Source of the DNA: Candidatus Poriferisocius sp.
Lineage (GTDB): Bacteria; Actinomycetota; Acidimicrobiia; Acidimicrobiales; Bin134
Length of the DNA stretch: 64,000 bases
Direction of reading: 5' to 3'
Assembly (NCBI RefSeq): GCF_965204015.1
Contig: NZ_OZ241965.1
Location: forward strand, 375,991-439,990
Positions 18,779 to 28,253 of the stretch are shown in pieces. A program made the translations under genes and the position numbers. The notes below the pieces were generated by a model. The model had not been told where the DNA came from. It saw only the letters and a list, made by a program, of their open reading frames with translations, and did no database searches. Position 1 is the stretch's first letter, and every line of letters starts with the position of its first letter.

Positions 18779-20148
18779 CGTCGCCCGGCGAGCATTGAGA
18801 TCACCCGCTCTGGCACCTCGGTCAGATCACCGGCCCCCAGGGTCAAACACAGGTCGCCGGGGCGCAGCACACCAACCAGATGGTTGGCGGCGTCATCGAG
18901 GCCCGCCACATAGGACGCGTCCCACCCCGGGTGGGCGTCGGTCACCGCCTGCCAGATGAGCTTCCCGGAAACCCCGGGGATGGCCGGTTCTCCCGCGGAG
19001 TAGATGTCGGTGATGATCACCGCGTCGGCGGCCTCGAAGCAGTGGGCGAACTCCGTCCAAAGCTGCGAGGTCCGGGTGTAGCGGTGGGGCTGGAACACGC
19101 ACACCACCCGATCCCAACCCCCTTCAGATGCGGTCTTCAACGCACAAGCCACTTCGGTGGGCAGGTGGGCATAGTCGTCGATGAAGTCGACTCCAGCGGC
19201 CGTGCCACGGTGCTCGAACCGCCGGGCCACCCCTTCGAACCCGGCCATGGCGTTGGCGGCATCAGACCAGTCCACCCCCAGCTCGCAGGCCATGGCCAGC
19301 GCCCCCAACGCGTTGAGGGCGTTGTGATCTCCGGGCATGGGCACGGTCACCGGTCCCAGCGACCCGTCGCTGCCGGTGACCTCGCCGACGATCATGTTCC
19401 GGTCGCGGCGCCGGGTTGTCCAGCGGTAGTCGGCCTCAGGCCCGGTGCCATAGAGAACCCGGTCGCAGTTCTCAGAGGCCTTGACTGCACCGGCGTCGTC
19501 GGCGCACACCACCAACCCATCGGCGGCACCGGCGCAAAACCGGGCGAATTCCGCCTCCAGCTCGGCCACCGGGCGGTCGCGGCGCAGATGATCGGGCTCG
19601 ACGCTGGTCACCACCGCCCGGCTCACGATCAGCTCCCCGAACGTTCCGTCGCTCTCGTCGGCCTCCACCACGAGCCACGGCCCTTCCGACCAGCGGGCCC
19701 CGATGCTGCCGTCGGCCAAGACTGCACCCACGACGAATCCCGGATCAGCCCCCACCGCCATGAGCACGTGGGACAGCATGGCCGCGGTGGTGGTTTTTCC
19801 GTGGGTACCGGCCACCGCCACGGTGGACCTCAGCGCGGTAATTGCCGTCAGGATCTCGGCCCGGCGGTACACGGGAATGCCCTCCTGCCGGGCCGCGGCC
19901 ACCTCGGGGTTGTCATCGCCCACGGCGGTGGATCGGGCCACCAAATCAGCACCGGAAATCTGGGCCGCGTGGTGGCCGACGAAAACGTCCACCCCGATCT
20001 CCCGCAGACGGTCGAGCACGGCTGAGTCGGCCGAATCGCTGCCGCTGACTCGACATCCCAACCCGTGCAACACCACGGCAATGGCCGACATCCCTGCCCC
20101 GCCCACCCCCAAGAGGTGAACCCGGGCTGTCGGGCACAAATCGACCAT
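18775..20148 (-). CDS. murC: UDP-N-acetylmuramate--L-alanine ligase
   Basis: The start is trimmed to the ATG at 20148 (MVDLCPTARVHLLGVGGAGMSAIA). It carries GTHGKTTT and the Mur ligase middle and C-terminal domains. Confidence 0.9.
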   Translation of the reverse strand: MVDLCPTARVHLLGVGGAGMSAIAVVLHGLGCRVSGSDSADSAVLDRLREIGVDVFVGHHAAQISGADLVARSTAVGDDNPEVAAARQEGIPVYRRAEILTAITALRSTVAVAGTHGKTTTAAMLSHVLMAVGADPGFVVGAVLADGSIGARWSEGPWLVVEADESDGTFGELIVSRAVVTSVEPDHLRRDRPVAELEAEFARFCAGAADGLVVCADDAGAVKASENCDRVLYGTGPEADYRWTTRRRDRNMIVGEVTGSDGSLGPVTVPMPGDHNALNALGALAMACELGVDWSDAANAMAGFEGVARRFEHRGTAAGVDFIDDYAHLPTEVACALKTASEGGWDRVVCVFQPHRYTRTSQLWTEFAHCFEAADAVIITDIYSAGEPAIPGVSGKLIWQAVTDAHPGWDASYVAGLDDAANHLVGVLRPGDLCLTLGAGDLTEVPERVISMLAGRR

Positions 20149-20152
20149 GGCT

Positions 20153-21349
20153 CTATTGTTGCTTCCCCCGGTTGCCTCGGTGGGAACTGCGGGCGTGCTG
20201 CTCCAAAAGATCGGCCACTCGATTGTCGGCGTCTCGGAGACCGACACCGGCCGCCTCTTGTCCCATGGCCCCCAAAAGACCGGGAACCTTCAGCAGGCTG
20301 TCCACTTCTTCGACCATGCGGGTGCCGCCCATCTCAGCGTCGGGAACCACAACGGCCCCTCCGACAGCAGCCAGATAGGCGGCGTTGGCCGTCTGGTGAT
20401 CGCCGGGCGCTCCCGGCAGCGGAACCAGCACCGACGGCAACCCGAGAACTGCCAACTCGGCCACGCTCGACGCTCCGGCTCGTCCCACCACTAGATCGGC
20501 GGCGGCATACACCGTGGGCATGTCCATCTCGTACTCCACCGCCTTGTAGTCCAGCGCGGCGCGAGACAGGTCGGGTCGCAGGTGAGCCAGCTCCTGCCAA
20601 TCTCTCCGACCGATCACATGGTGTACCGCCAGATCTTCCCGATCGGCCCAGTGGCCAACCGCTTCGAACGCGGCTCGGTTGATTCGGGCCGCGCCCAGCG
20701 ACCCGCTGGCCACAACCACCAGACGGCGTTCCTCACCCACCTCGAGGGAGGCTCGGGCCGCAAGCCGGTCATTGTCCCGGTTGACCCTCTGGACCTCGTC
20801 GCGCACCGGATTGCCGGTGAGCACCGCCCGGGGCAATTTGGTGCTTGGGAATGACACCGCGGAAGCCCGAGCCCAACGCCCCGCCAAGCGATTGGCCACG
20901 CCAGGCACAGCGTTCTGCTCGCACACGACCAACGGAATCCTGAGCAGTCGAGCTGCCAGAGCGCAGGGCACGCTGGCGTAGCCTCCCAACCCCAGCACAA
21001 CCGCCGGCCGCAGGCCCCGCAGCAGTCCTGTGGCCTGAACCACGGCCTGGGCCAGCCCCCAGGCTGACGACAGGTTCTGCCACGACAGCTGCCGCTTGAT
21101 TCCCCGCCCGGGTAGCATGGTCAACTCGAATCCGGCAGCCGGCACCAGATCTCGCTCCACTCCCCGGGCCGAGCCCACAAAGTGGATTCTCTCGGGTTCA
21201 TAGCCGCGCCGAACCAACGCCCGGGCCACTGCCAATCCGGGGTGGACATGGCCTGCGGTCCCGCCTCCGGCAATCACCGCCCACACCGGGGAACCGTCAG
21301 AAGGACGTTGCCCTTCTTCTGACCCGTCCGGCTGAGCTGGGAGGTTCAC
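20153..21349 (-). CDS. murG: undecaprenyldiphospho-muramoylpentapeptide beta-N-acetylglucosaminyltransferase
   Basis: The start is trimmed to the GTG at 21349 (GTGA overlap with the ftsW stop). It has AGGGTAGHVHPGLAVA and the C-terminal GAGSVAELA-like motif (RAGASSVAELA). Confidence 0.9.
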   Translation of the reverse strand: MNLPAQPDGSEEGQRPSDGSPVWAVIAGGGTAGHVHPGLAVARALVRRGYEPERIHFVGSARGVERDLVPAAGFELTMLPGRGIKRQLSWQNLSSAWGLAQAVVQATGLLRGLRPAVVLGLGGYASVPCALAARLLRIPLVVCEQNAVPGVANRLAGRWARASAVSFPSTKLPRAVLTGNPVRDEVQRVNRDNDRLAARASLEVGEERRLVVVASGSLGAARINRAAFEAVGHWADREDLAVHHVIGRRDWQELAHLRPDLSRAALDYKAVEYEMDMPTVYAAADLVVGRAGASSVAELAVLGLPSVLVPLPGAPGDHQTANAAYLAAVGGAVVVPDAEMGGTRMVEEVDSLLKVPGLLGAMGQEAAGVGLRDADNRVADLLEQHARSSHRGNRGKQQ

Positions 21350-22512
21350 GGTTCGACTCGGATTTGTCGGGCAATGCTCAACAACAAACCGGCGGCTGCC
21401 ATGTTCATCAACAGTGCAGAGCCGCCGACTGACAAGAACGGGAGGGGAACCCCGGTGATCGGCAGTACTCCTACCACCGCGGCAATGTTCACGAACGCCT
21501 GGCTGCCCACCCAAATGGTGATGCCTGCGGCCAATACTTGCCCGAATCGGTCGGGGCTGCGGAGGGCCACGCCGATCCCACAGAACACAAACCCAGCGAA
21601 TAACCCGATCACGAATATCGCACCCAGCCAACCCATCTCCTCAGCCAGAACAGCGAAAATGAAGTCGGTGTGGGCCTCGGGCAGGAATCCCCACTTGATC
21701 CGGCTCTCCCCCAACCCGACGCCGGTGGGGCCGCCCGAGGCGATGCCCACCCGAGACTGGATCGACTGCCAGCCGGAGTCGAGCGGATCGGCCCACGGGT
21801 CGAGCAGCGACAGCACCCGGTTGCGGCGGTAGCCCGACCCCCAGGCGGCCAGCGCGGCCGCCCCTGCGCTGAACAGCGACCATCCGGTCAGCGGGAGAAG
21901 GGGCACTCCAGCCATGAATAGCGCGGCGAAGGCGATCAATCCGATGATCACCGCAGTGCCCAGATTCGGCTGGAGCAGGATGAACCCGGCCATAAGGCTG
22001 CACACCACTAGCACCGGCCGAATAGTGACCCGGGCATTGTCTTCTTGGCCCGCCTTGTCGGCCAGCCAGGCGGCGGCGAACAGGGCCATGGCCAGCTTGG
22101 CCAGCTCAGAGGGCTGGAAGCTGATCGGGCCGAAGTAGATCCATCGGGTAGCCCCTTTGGCCGTCGTGCCGATTCCCGGCACAAGCACGGCTATCAGCAG
22201 CAGCATGGTGAGCGCCACCACGGCATTGGCGTACTTCCGCCAGTACCGATAGTCCACCCGCATCATCAGGACCATGGCGACCAGCCCCCCGATGCTCCAC
22301 ACGAGCTGACGCTGAAAGGTGAACCAGGTGGACTGGCCCACATAGAGCCCGGTGACCGACGAGACCGAAAGCACCATGACAAGGCCGATGGCCGTGAGGG
22401 TTATGACCGATCCGAACAGCACGTAAAAGGGCGCGGTGGCTTGGCCCACGGGCGCCGACCGGAGTGCTGTCGCCCACGCTCGTCGTGGGACCCGGGGAGT
22501 AATGGCGGTCAT
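21346..22512 (-). CDS. ftsW: SEDS-family peptidoglycan glycosyltransferase FtsW
   Basis: The start is trimmed to the ATG at 22512 (ATGA overlap with the murD stop). It is multi-TM with SEDS motifs (RWIYFGPISFQPSELAKL, HTDFIFAVLAEE, PLPFLSVGGS). Confidence 0.9.
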   Translation of the reverse strand: MTAITPRVPRRAWATALRSAPVGQATAPFYVLFGSVITLTAIGLVMVLSVSSVTGLYVGQSTWFTFQRQLVWSIGGLVAMVLMMRVDYRYWRKYANAVVALTMLLLIAVLVPGIGTTAKGATRWIYFGPISFQPSELAKLAMALFAAAWLADKAGQEDNARVTIRPVLVVCSLMAGFILLQPNLGTAVIIGLIAFAALFMAGVPLLPLTGWSLFSAGAAALAAWGSGYRRNRVLSLLDPWADPLDSGWQSIQSRVGIASGGPTGVGLGESRIKWGFLPEAHTDFIFAVLAEEMGWLGAIFVIGLFAGFVFCGIGVALRSPDRFGQVLAAGITIWVGSQAFVNIAAVVGVLPITGVPLPFLSVGGSALLMNMAAAGLLLSIARQIRVEP

Positions 22513-23831
22513 GGCGACCCTCCGATCATCTCTCGAACGAGCTGGGCGAAGTGATCGCCCCGCTCGGCGTAGGAGCCGTACCAGTCGAAAGAGGCGCAAC
22601 CCGGCGACAGCAGCACCGCGTCGCCGATTCGGGCCCGCTCGGCTGCCAATCTCACCGCTTCGTCCATCGACTCTGCCGGCGTCGCCGGGCACCGCCCGGC
22701 AAAGGCCTCTTCTACGTCGGATGCGGCCTCTCCGATGGCCACGACGGCGCGCACCCCGTCGGCAACCTCGCCCAGCGGTCGCAGGTCGAGGCCTTTGTTG
22801 CGCCCCCCGGCGATGAGTACCGCTGGCGCCGCCGACCGCACTGCGGCCCACACCGCGTGGGGGGTGGTGGCTTTGGAGTCGTCGTAGTAGCGAACGCCGC
22901 CGTGCTCGGCCACCAGCGTCATCCGATGGGGCAACCCGGTCCACTCCCTCATGGCTGCCCTCACTCCCTGCAAATGGGCCCCCCCGGTCATAGCCACCGC
23001 TGCCGCGGCCAGCTGGTTGGACAGCTCGTGGGGCTGCGACCGGCGCAACTCCGCGATATCGGCCAACTTCTCCGACTTTGCCCACAGCGCCCCGTCACTC
23101 ACCCGATAGTCGCCCTCGCTGAGTCCGTACGTCACTACCCGGCCTTTGCCGGGAGTGTGGGAGACAACGACCGCATCGTCTCGGTTCACCACCGCAGTGG
23201 TGTGCTCATCGGCCTGGCGCCACAACGCGGCCTTGGCCTTCCGATAGCTGTCCAGCGACGCGTGAACGTCGAGATGGTCGGGGGCGAAGTTCAACCATGC
23301 CCCTACCGAGGGGCGAAAACACTGGCTGTGGCCCAGCCGGAAAGAAGATGCCTCCACCACGAACGCGGCCGGCTGAGGATCCCGGATGGCCTCCACCAGC
23401 GGGGTCTCCGTGTTTCCCGCCACGCTCGTCGCGATGCCGGAAGCCTCCAGCATGGCCGCGGCCAGAAGCGTCACCGTGGTCTTGCCGTTGGTACCAGTCA
23501 CCGCCAGTGTCGGACGGGAATCCCATCGCTGGGCCAAATCGAACTCGGAGACCACCGGCGTGCCCGCGGCTGCCGCAGCACCGAGCGCGGGATGGGACTC
23601 GGGCAGCCCCGGGGTGGGAACCACTACTCGGGCATCGGCTACCAGGGCCATCCAGTCGTCAGGAGCGGGCCGCTCCAGCAGGTCGACGCCCATCGCCGCG
23701 GCTTGGCTGCGGAGCTGTTCATCGGCGGCATCGTCGGTGGCCATCACCGAATGGCCGCGCTCGGTCAACTGGGCGCAGACCGCCTGGTTGGTAACGGCGA
23801 AGCCAACCAGCAGAACAGGTGCCCGGCTCAA
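22509..23831 (-). CDS. murD: UDP-N-acetylmuramoylalanine--D-glutamate ligase
   Basis: The start is trimmed to the TTG at 23831 (TTGA overlap with the mraY stop). It has GTNGKTTVT and the Mur ligase domains. The 799-aa ORF in the track is a read-through of the mraY antisense frame. Confidence 0.88.
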   Translation of the reverse strand: MSRAPVLLVGFAVTNQAVCAQLTERGHSVMATDDAADEQLRSQAAAMGVDLLERPAPDDWMALVADARVVVPTPGLPESHPALGAAAAAGTPVVSEFDLAQRWDSRPTLAVTGTNGKTTVTLLAAAMLEASGIATSVAGNTETPLVEAIRDPQPAAFVVEASSFRLGHSQCFRPSVGAWLNFAPDHLDVHASLDSYRKAKAALWRQADEHTTAVVNRDDAVVVSHTPGKGRVVTYGLSEGDYRVSDGALWAKSEKLADIAELRRSQPHELSNQLAAAAVAMTGGAHLQGVRAAMREWTGLPHRMTLVAEHGGVRYYDDSKATTPHAVWAAVRSAAPAVLIAGGRNKGLDLRPLGEVADGVRAVVAIGEAASDVEEAFAGRCPATPAESMDEAVRLAAERARIGDAVLLSPGCASFDWYGSYAERGDHFAQLVREMIGGSP

Positions 23832-24859
23832 TCTGCTCCTCCGATGGAAACGAAGTCGGCGTAGAAGAGTCCGAGCGCCACAGCAGTGGCGAACCCCGTC
23901 ATGATCCAGAGCCGGATGATCACCGTGGTCTCCGGCCACCCGCCGAGCTCGAAGTGGTGGTGGATGGGAGCCATGCGGAACAACCGAGTGCCGAACACGC
24001 GGAAGCTGAACACCTGGATGATCACCGACAGGGTCTCCATCACAAACAGGCCGCCGATGATGGGCAACAGCAGGTGGGTGTTGGTGGCCAAGGCCAGGGC
24101 GGCCATGCCGGTACCCAGGGCCAGCGAACCGGTGTCGCCCATGAATATGCGGGCCGGAGCGGCATTCCACCACATGAACCCCGCACTGGCGCCCAACAGG
24201 GCCGCAGCGAGAATGGCCAAGTCCAAGGCGTGGGGGATGCCGTAGATGTCCTGGTTGCGGAAGGCCCAGAAGCCGATGATCACGAACGCGGCAAAGGCGA
24301 ATATCGAGGCCCCCGCGGCCAGGCTGTCGAGACCGTCGGTCAGGTTCACCGCGTTGCTGGTGGCCAGGATCAGCAGTACCGCCCAGAGTCCCCATCCCCA
24401 CGGCCCCAAGTCGATGTTCAGAGAGTCGTACCGAGTGAAGGAGAGTTCGGTGCGCACATCGGTGAGATGGATCATCAGCACTGCGAATCCCACGGCCACG
24501 ATCAACAGGCCCAAGATCTTGGTCCGCTTGCCCAGTCCCAGGTTGCGCGCTCGGGAGACCTTGAGCCAATCGTCGACGAACCCGACGACACCTGAACCGA
24601 TGATGGCAAGCATCACGATCAAACCGGTGCGGGTGAAGATGCCGTTGTAGAGGTCGCTGATGCCATATCCGGCCAGCGCGCCGACCACGATGGCCACTCC
24701 ACCCATGGTGGGTGTCCCCGCCTTGCTGACATGGCCTTGAGGTCCGTCCAAGCGGATCGGCTGGCCGATGGAGTGCTTGCGCAGGAAGGTGATCAGAAAG
24801 CGGGTGCCGATAACCGAGGCCACCCCGGCGATGGCAACGGCGAACAAGAGGCGGATCAT
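23828..24859 (-). CDS. mraY: phospho-N-acetylmuramoyl-pentapeptide transferase
   Basis: 343 aa and polytopic, with the motifs GTPTMGG, NAVNLTDGLDSLA and MGDTGSLALG. Confidence 0.95.
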   Translation of the reverse strand: MIRLLFAVAIAGVASVIGTRFLITFLRKHSIGQPIRLDGPQGHVSKAGTPTMGGVAIVVGALAGYGISDLYNGIFTRTGLIVMLAIIGSGVVGFVDDWLKVSRARNLGLGKRTKILGLLIVAVGFAVLMIHLTDVRTELSFTRYDSLNIDLGPWGWGLWAVLLILATSNAVNLTDGLDSLAAGASIFAFAAFVIIGFWAFRNQDIYGIPHALDLAILAAALLGASAGFMWWNAAPARIFMGDTGSLALGTGMAALALATNTHLLLPIIGGLFVMETLSVIIQVFSFRVFGTRLFRMAPIHHHFELGGWPETTVIIRLWIMTGFATAVALGLFYADFVSIGGAD

Positions 24860-26274
24860 CGGCGTTCACCCCCGCCAGCCACCAGTTCTCGGACCACTTC
24901 TCGATCATCGAAGGGAATCACCTGGTCGCCAATCACCTGCGTGGTCTCATGGCCCTTCCCTGCTACCAGCACCACATCGCCTTCCGATGCATCGGCCAAG
25001 CAATGGGCTATGGCCTCCCGACGGTCGGGCTGAGCCGATATGGCACCCGTGTTCTTGGGCACACCGCTCAAGATGTCGGCGATTATGGCTTCGGGATCCT
25101 CTGAACGGGGGTTGTCGGAGGTGACGATGACCTGATCGGCTAGCTCGGCCGCCACCCGGCCCATCATCGGCCGCTTACTGGAATCCCGGTCGCCCCCGCA
25201 TCCGAACACCACCCATAGGCGTCCAGAGCTGGCGACCAACTCCCGGGCAGCGGCCAGCACCTGAGCCAATCCGTCGGGTGTGTGGGCATAGTCCACGACC
25301 ACCGTGAACGGGCGGCTGGACTCGATGGTCTCGAAACGGCCCGGCACGGGGACGGCCGACTCCAGACCGGCCACCACCTCGGGTACGCCCACTTCCAGCA
25401 ACACGGCGACTTCCGCCGCGGCCAAGGCGTTGGCCGCATTGAATCGACCGATGAGCGACAGGGCGACATTGTGGCCCTGCCACCGCATGGTCAAGCCCCG
25501 CGGCCCCACTTCAACCGACAAATCTGAGGAGTCGTAGCCCAAAGTGGGAATACGGGGATCGGCCAGCAGCCGCCGACCGTATTCGTCGCCCCGGTTGACC
25601 ACCGCGCGGTCGGCCATTTCGGGGGCGAAGAGGCGGGCCTTGGCCTCAAAGTACTCCTCGGCGGTGCCGTGGTAGTCGAGGTGGTCGATGGTGAGGTTGG
25701 TGAAGACCGCGACGGTGTAGCGAATCCCGTCCACCCGGTGTTGGTGCAAGGCGTGGCTGGAAACCTCCATGGCCACCGCCTCCACACCAGCCGACCGCCA
25801 GCAGGCCAGTTGACGCTGCAAGTCGAGGGACTCAGGAGTGGTTCTGGTTCCGGTTAGCGTGCCGAGCACCTTGGTTTGCAGGCCCGCAGCCGTCAGCACC
25901 GAGCCCAGCAGGCTGCACACAGTGGTCTTGCCGTTGGTGCCGGTAACTCCGATGACAGCCATGGATTGGGAAGGGTGGCCGTAGAAGGTGGAGCTGATCG
26001 GCCCCATGGCCTGGCGCACCGAAGCAGTCTCCATTTCGGGGCAGCCCAGTCCCAGTGGGCGCTCCACCACCAGGCCAACTGCTCCCCGACCAATGGCATC
26101 AGCTGCGAACTGGTGGCCGTCGTGTTCGGCACCGGGCACGCAGAAAAACAAGTCGCCGGGCTTCACCGCCCGGGAATCGTGGGCCAGCCCGGTGATCGCG
26201 GCCTGACCGCGACAGCCAACCAGCCCAGGGGCAGCCTCCGCCAGATCTTGCAGCGCCATGGCCGGTGTCGTCAT
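24856..26274 (-). CDS. murE: UDP-N-acetylmuramoyl-L-alanyl-D-glutamate--2,6-diaminopimelate ligase
   Basis: 472 aa with GVTGTNGKTT, VDYAHTPDGL, GCGGDRD and the DAP-specific DNPR motif, plus GKGHE. These are MurE motifs, not MurF. Confidence 0.9.
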   Translation of the reverse strand: MTTPAMALQDLAEAAPGLVGCRGQAAITGLAHDSRAVKPGDLFFCVPGAEHDGHQFAADAIGRGAVGLVVERPLGLGCPEMETASVRQAMGPISSTFYGHPSQSMAVIGVTGTNGKTTVCSLLGSVLTAAGLQTKVLGTLTGTRTTPESLDLQRQLACWRSAGVEAVAMEVSSHALHQHRVDGIRYTVAVFTNLTIDHLDYHGTAEEYFEAKARLFAPEMADRAVVNRGDEYGRRLLADPRIPTLGYDSSDLSVEVGPRGLTMRWQGHNVALSLIGRFNAANALAAAEVAVLLEVGVPEVVAGLESAVPVPGRFETIESSRPFTVVVDYAHTPDGLAQVLAAARELVASSGRLWVVFGCGGDRDSSKRPMMGRVAAELADQVIVTSDNPRSEDPEAIIADILSGVPKNTGAISAQPDRREAIAHCLADASEGDVVLVAGKGHETTQVIGDQVIPFDDREVVRELVAGGGERR

Positions 26275-28253
26275 GGTCCGTCCTCCGGTGGGGGCGCCTC
26301 ATTGGGCACCGGCGCGGGCGCCCCCGACTCTTGAGGTGCCACTGCCTGATCAGGGTCATCGGGCGTCGGCTCAGGCGTCGCCTCGGGCGGGGGCTGGGGC
26401 GTGGGCTGGGGCGTGGGCTGGGGCGTGGGCTCGGGCGTCGGCTGGGGTGTGGGGGCGGGGGTCAGTGCCGGCGCGGACTCGGGGGTCGGCGCGGGGGCTG
26501 GCTGGGGTGTGGGGGCGGGTCCCAGCTTGGGTACGACGGTGACGAATTTGGCCGGCGGAGCAATACGGAGGCGCTGGAGGGAGTATTTGGCCAGTTCGGC
26601 AAACAGCGGAGCGGCGGCTTGGCTGGCGTAGAAGTTGGTAGTGGGTTCGTCAATCACCACGATCATCGAGAGTTGGGGATCTTCTGCCGGATAGAAGCCG
26701 GCGAACGTGGCCGTGTAGCGGCTGAACCCCTCGCTGTCCTCGTAGCTGCCGCTCGACAACACCTTCTGACCGGTTCCGGTCTTGCCAGCAATGGAGTAGC
26801 CCTCGACCTGGGCATTCCGTCCCGTCCCTTCCCGCACAACGGTGACCAGCATCTGGGTCATCTGCGCGGCCGTGCTTTCTGACACGACCCTCACCGGCTC
26901 ACCTCGCTCCACCGGGATCTCCTGTCCATCAGCCCCGACCGCTGAGCGAACCAGGGTGGGCGGCACTCGCACGCCGTCGTTGGCCAAGGTGTTGTACGTC
27001 ATCAGTACTTGCAGCGGAGTGGCCAAAATGCCCTGGCCCAACGCGAAGCTGCCCACGTCGGTGCCGCTCCAGTTCAAGAGCTGGGGCACCAAACCGGATG
27101 ACTCCCCCTTGAATCCCAGTCCCGTAGCCGATCCCAGCCCAAACCCGGACAGGTACGCGGCCAGGCGGGTGGAGCCAAGCACCAGAGCCCATTCCACGGT
27201 GCCGGTATTCGACGAGCGGCCCAGTATCTCCTCCATGCTGTAGAGCACGGTGCCGTACTCGGTGTGGTCGGTGAACTCCTGATCGTAGAGGTGAAGCCAG
27301 TGGTTGACTTCGCGTACATGGTGCGGGGCACCCAGCCCCTCCTCGATCACACCGGAGAACACCACGCTCTTCATCACCGATCCGGGCTCATAAGACCAAG
27401 TCACCGCGCGGTTTTCGCCCAGCGAGACCGGATTGCCCTCTCGGTCTCGCCCGACAGAGGCCATGGCCAGAATTTCGCCGGTTGTGGGAACCATGATGAC
27501 GACAGTGCCACTGGACGCATTGACTTGGTCGATTTGGTGCTTCAGCGCCCGCTCAGCCTCGAATTGCAAGGAGCGGTCGATGGTCAAGAACAGATCGGCA
27601 CCCGGCTCCTCAGGCTTGATCTTCCGGGCGCCGGTAGGAATCGTGCGTCCATCGTGGCTGCTCTCCAGCACCATCTCGCCGGGTATTCCGCCCAGCAGGT
27701 CGTCGTATTGGTACTCGAGGCCGCTGATGCCATTGTGGTCCACGTCCACGGCTCCCACCACAGCCTGTCCCAAGCGGGCGCCAGCCGGATTGAATCGCGC
27801 CGACTCCTCCAGCAGGAACACACCGCTCAAATTGAGAGCGGCCACTTGGGCAGCCACGTTATCGGTCACGGTGCGGGCCAGATAGGCATGCTGATCGGGC
27901 TCGCTCAGCAGCTGGAAAAGCCGCCCCACGTCCATTTCCAGCACGGGGGCAAGAGCGCTTGCCGCAGCTGCTGGATCTTTTACCTGGCTTGGATCGGCCC
28001 AAACGGTCATCTGGGGCACCGATATGGCCAGCTCCACTCCATGGCGATCGAGTATTCGGCCTCGGTCAGCCGTCAGCTTGATGGTTCGTATCCGCTGTTG
28101 TTGGCCGTACTCCACGTAGGCGTCTGAGCGAAAGAGCTGAAGGTCGGCCAGCCGGACGCTGAGAACCACCCCTATCAGGGTGAAGACCACCATGATCGCG
28201 GCCCCTCGTCGGCGCAGGGAGCGAGTCCGCCCAGCTTTGTCGGAGGTGATCAC
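26271..28253 (-). CDS. ftsI: class B penicillin-binding protein (FtsI-type transpeptidase) with Pro/Thr-rich C-terminal tail
   Basis: 660 aa with an N-terminal TM, a dimerisation domain and transpeptidase motifs (SVMKS = SxxK, SSNTG = SxN, KTGTG = KTG). An 80-aa PT/PE-rich tail follows. Confidence 0.9.
   Translation of the reverse strand: MITSDKAGRTRSLRRRGAAIMVVFTLIGVVLSVRLADLQLFRSDAYVEYGQQQRIRTIKLTADRGRILDRHGVELAISVPQMTVWADPSQVKDPAAAASALAPVLEMDVGRLFQLLSEPDQHAYLARTVTDNVAAQVAALNLSGVFLLEESARFNPAGARLGQAVVGAVDVDHNGISGLEYQYDDLLGGIPGEMVLESSHDGRTIPTGARKIKPEEPGADLFLTIDRSLQFEAERALKHQIDQVNASSGTVVIMVPTTGEILAMASVGRDREGNPVSLGENRAVTWSYEPGSVMKSVVFSGVIEEGLGAPHHVREVNHWLHLYDQEFTDHTEYGTVLYSMEEILGRSSNTGTVEWALVLGSTRLAAYLSGFGLGSATGLGFKGESSGLVPQLLNWSGTDVGSFALGQGILATPLQVLMTYNTLANDGVRVPPTLVRSAVGADGQEIPVERGEPVRVVSESTAAQMTQMLVTVVREGTGRNAQVEGYSIAGKTGTGQKVLSSGSYEDSEGFSRYTATFAGFYPAEDPQLSMIVVIDEPTTNFYASQAAAPLFAELAKYSLQRLRIAPPAKFVTVVPKLGPAPTPQPAPAPTPESAPALTPAPTPQPTPEPTPQPTPQPTPQPPPEATPEPTPDDPDQAVAPQESGAPAPVPNEAPPPEDGP
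26365..26525 (-). repeat. degenerate 12-bp tandem repeats encoding the (P-T/E-P-x) tail of FtsI
   Basis: ggctggggcgtg x3 at 26392-26427, with variants to 26451. The 20-mer ggctggggtgtgggggcggg occurs at both 26440 and 26500. Confidence 0.9.

Noticed and set aside
22509-24908. A 799-aa ORF that suggests a giant MurD fusion. The same applies to the 579-aa ftsW ORF, the 492-aa murG ORF, the 490-aa murC ORF, the 301-aa ftsQ ORF, the 256-aa lspA ORF and the 238-aa sepF ORF.
   Set aside because: The N-terminal extensions run through the upstream gene in another frame and lack homology-like sequence. In each case a start codon sits at or within a few nt of the upstream stop, and it gives a normal-length protein.
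26365-26525. Short tandem repeats here, and at 11081-11155 and 56732-56794, as possible CRISPR arrays.
   Set aside because: The repeat units are 12-36 bp, contiguous and without spacers. They lie in frame inside coding regions and encode low-complexity PT- or AKKP-rich peptides.
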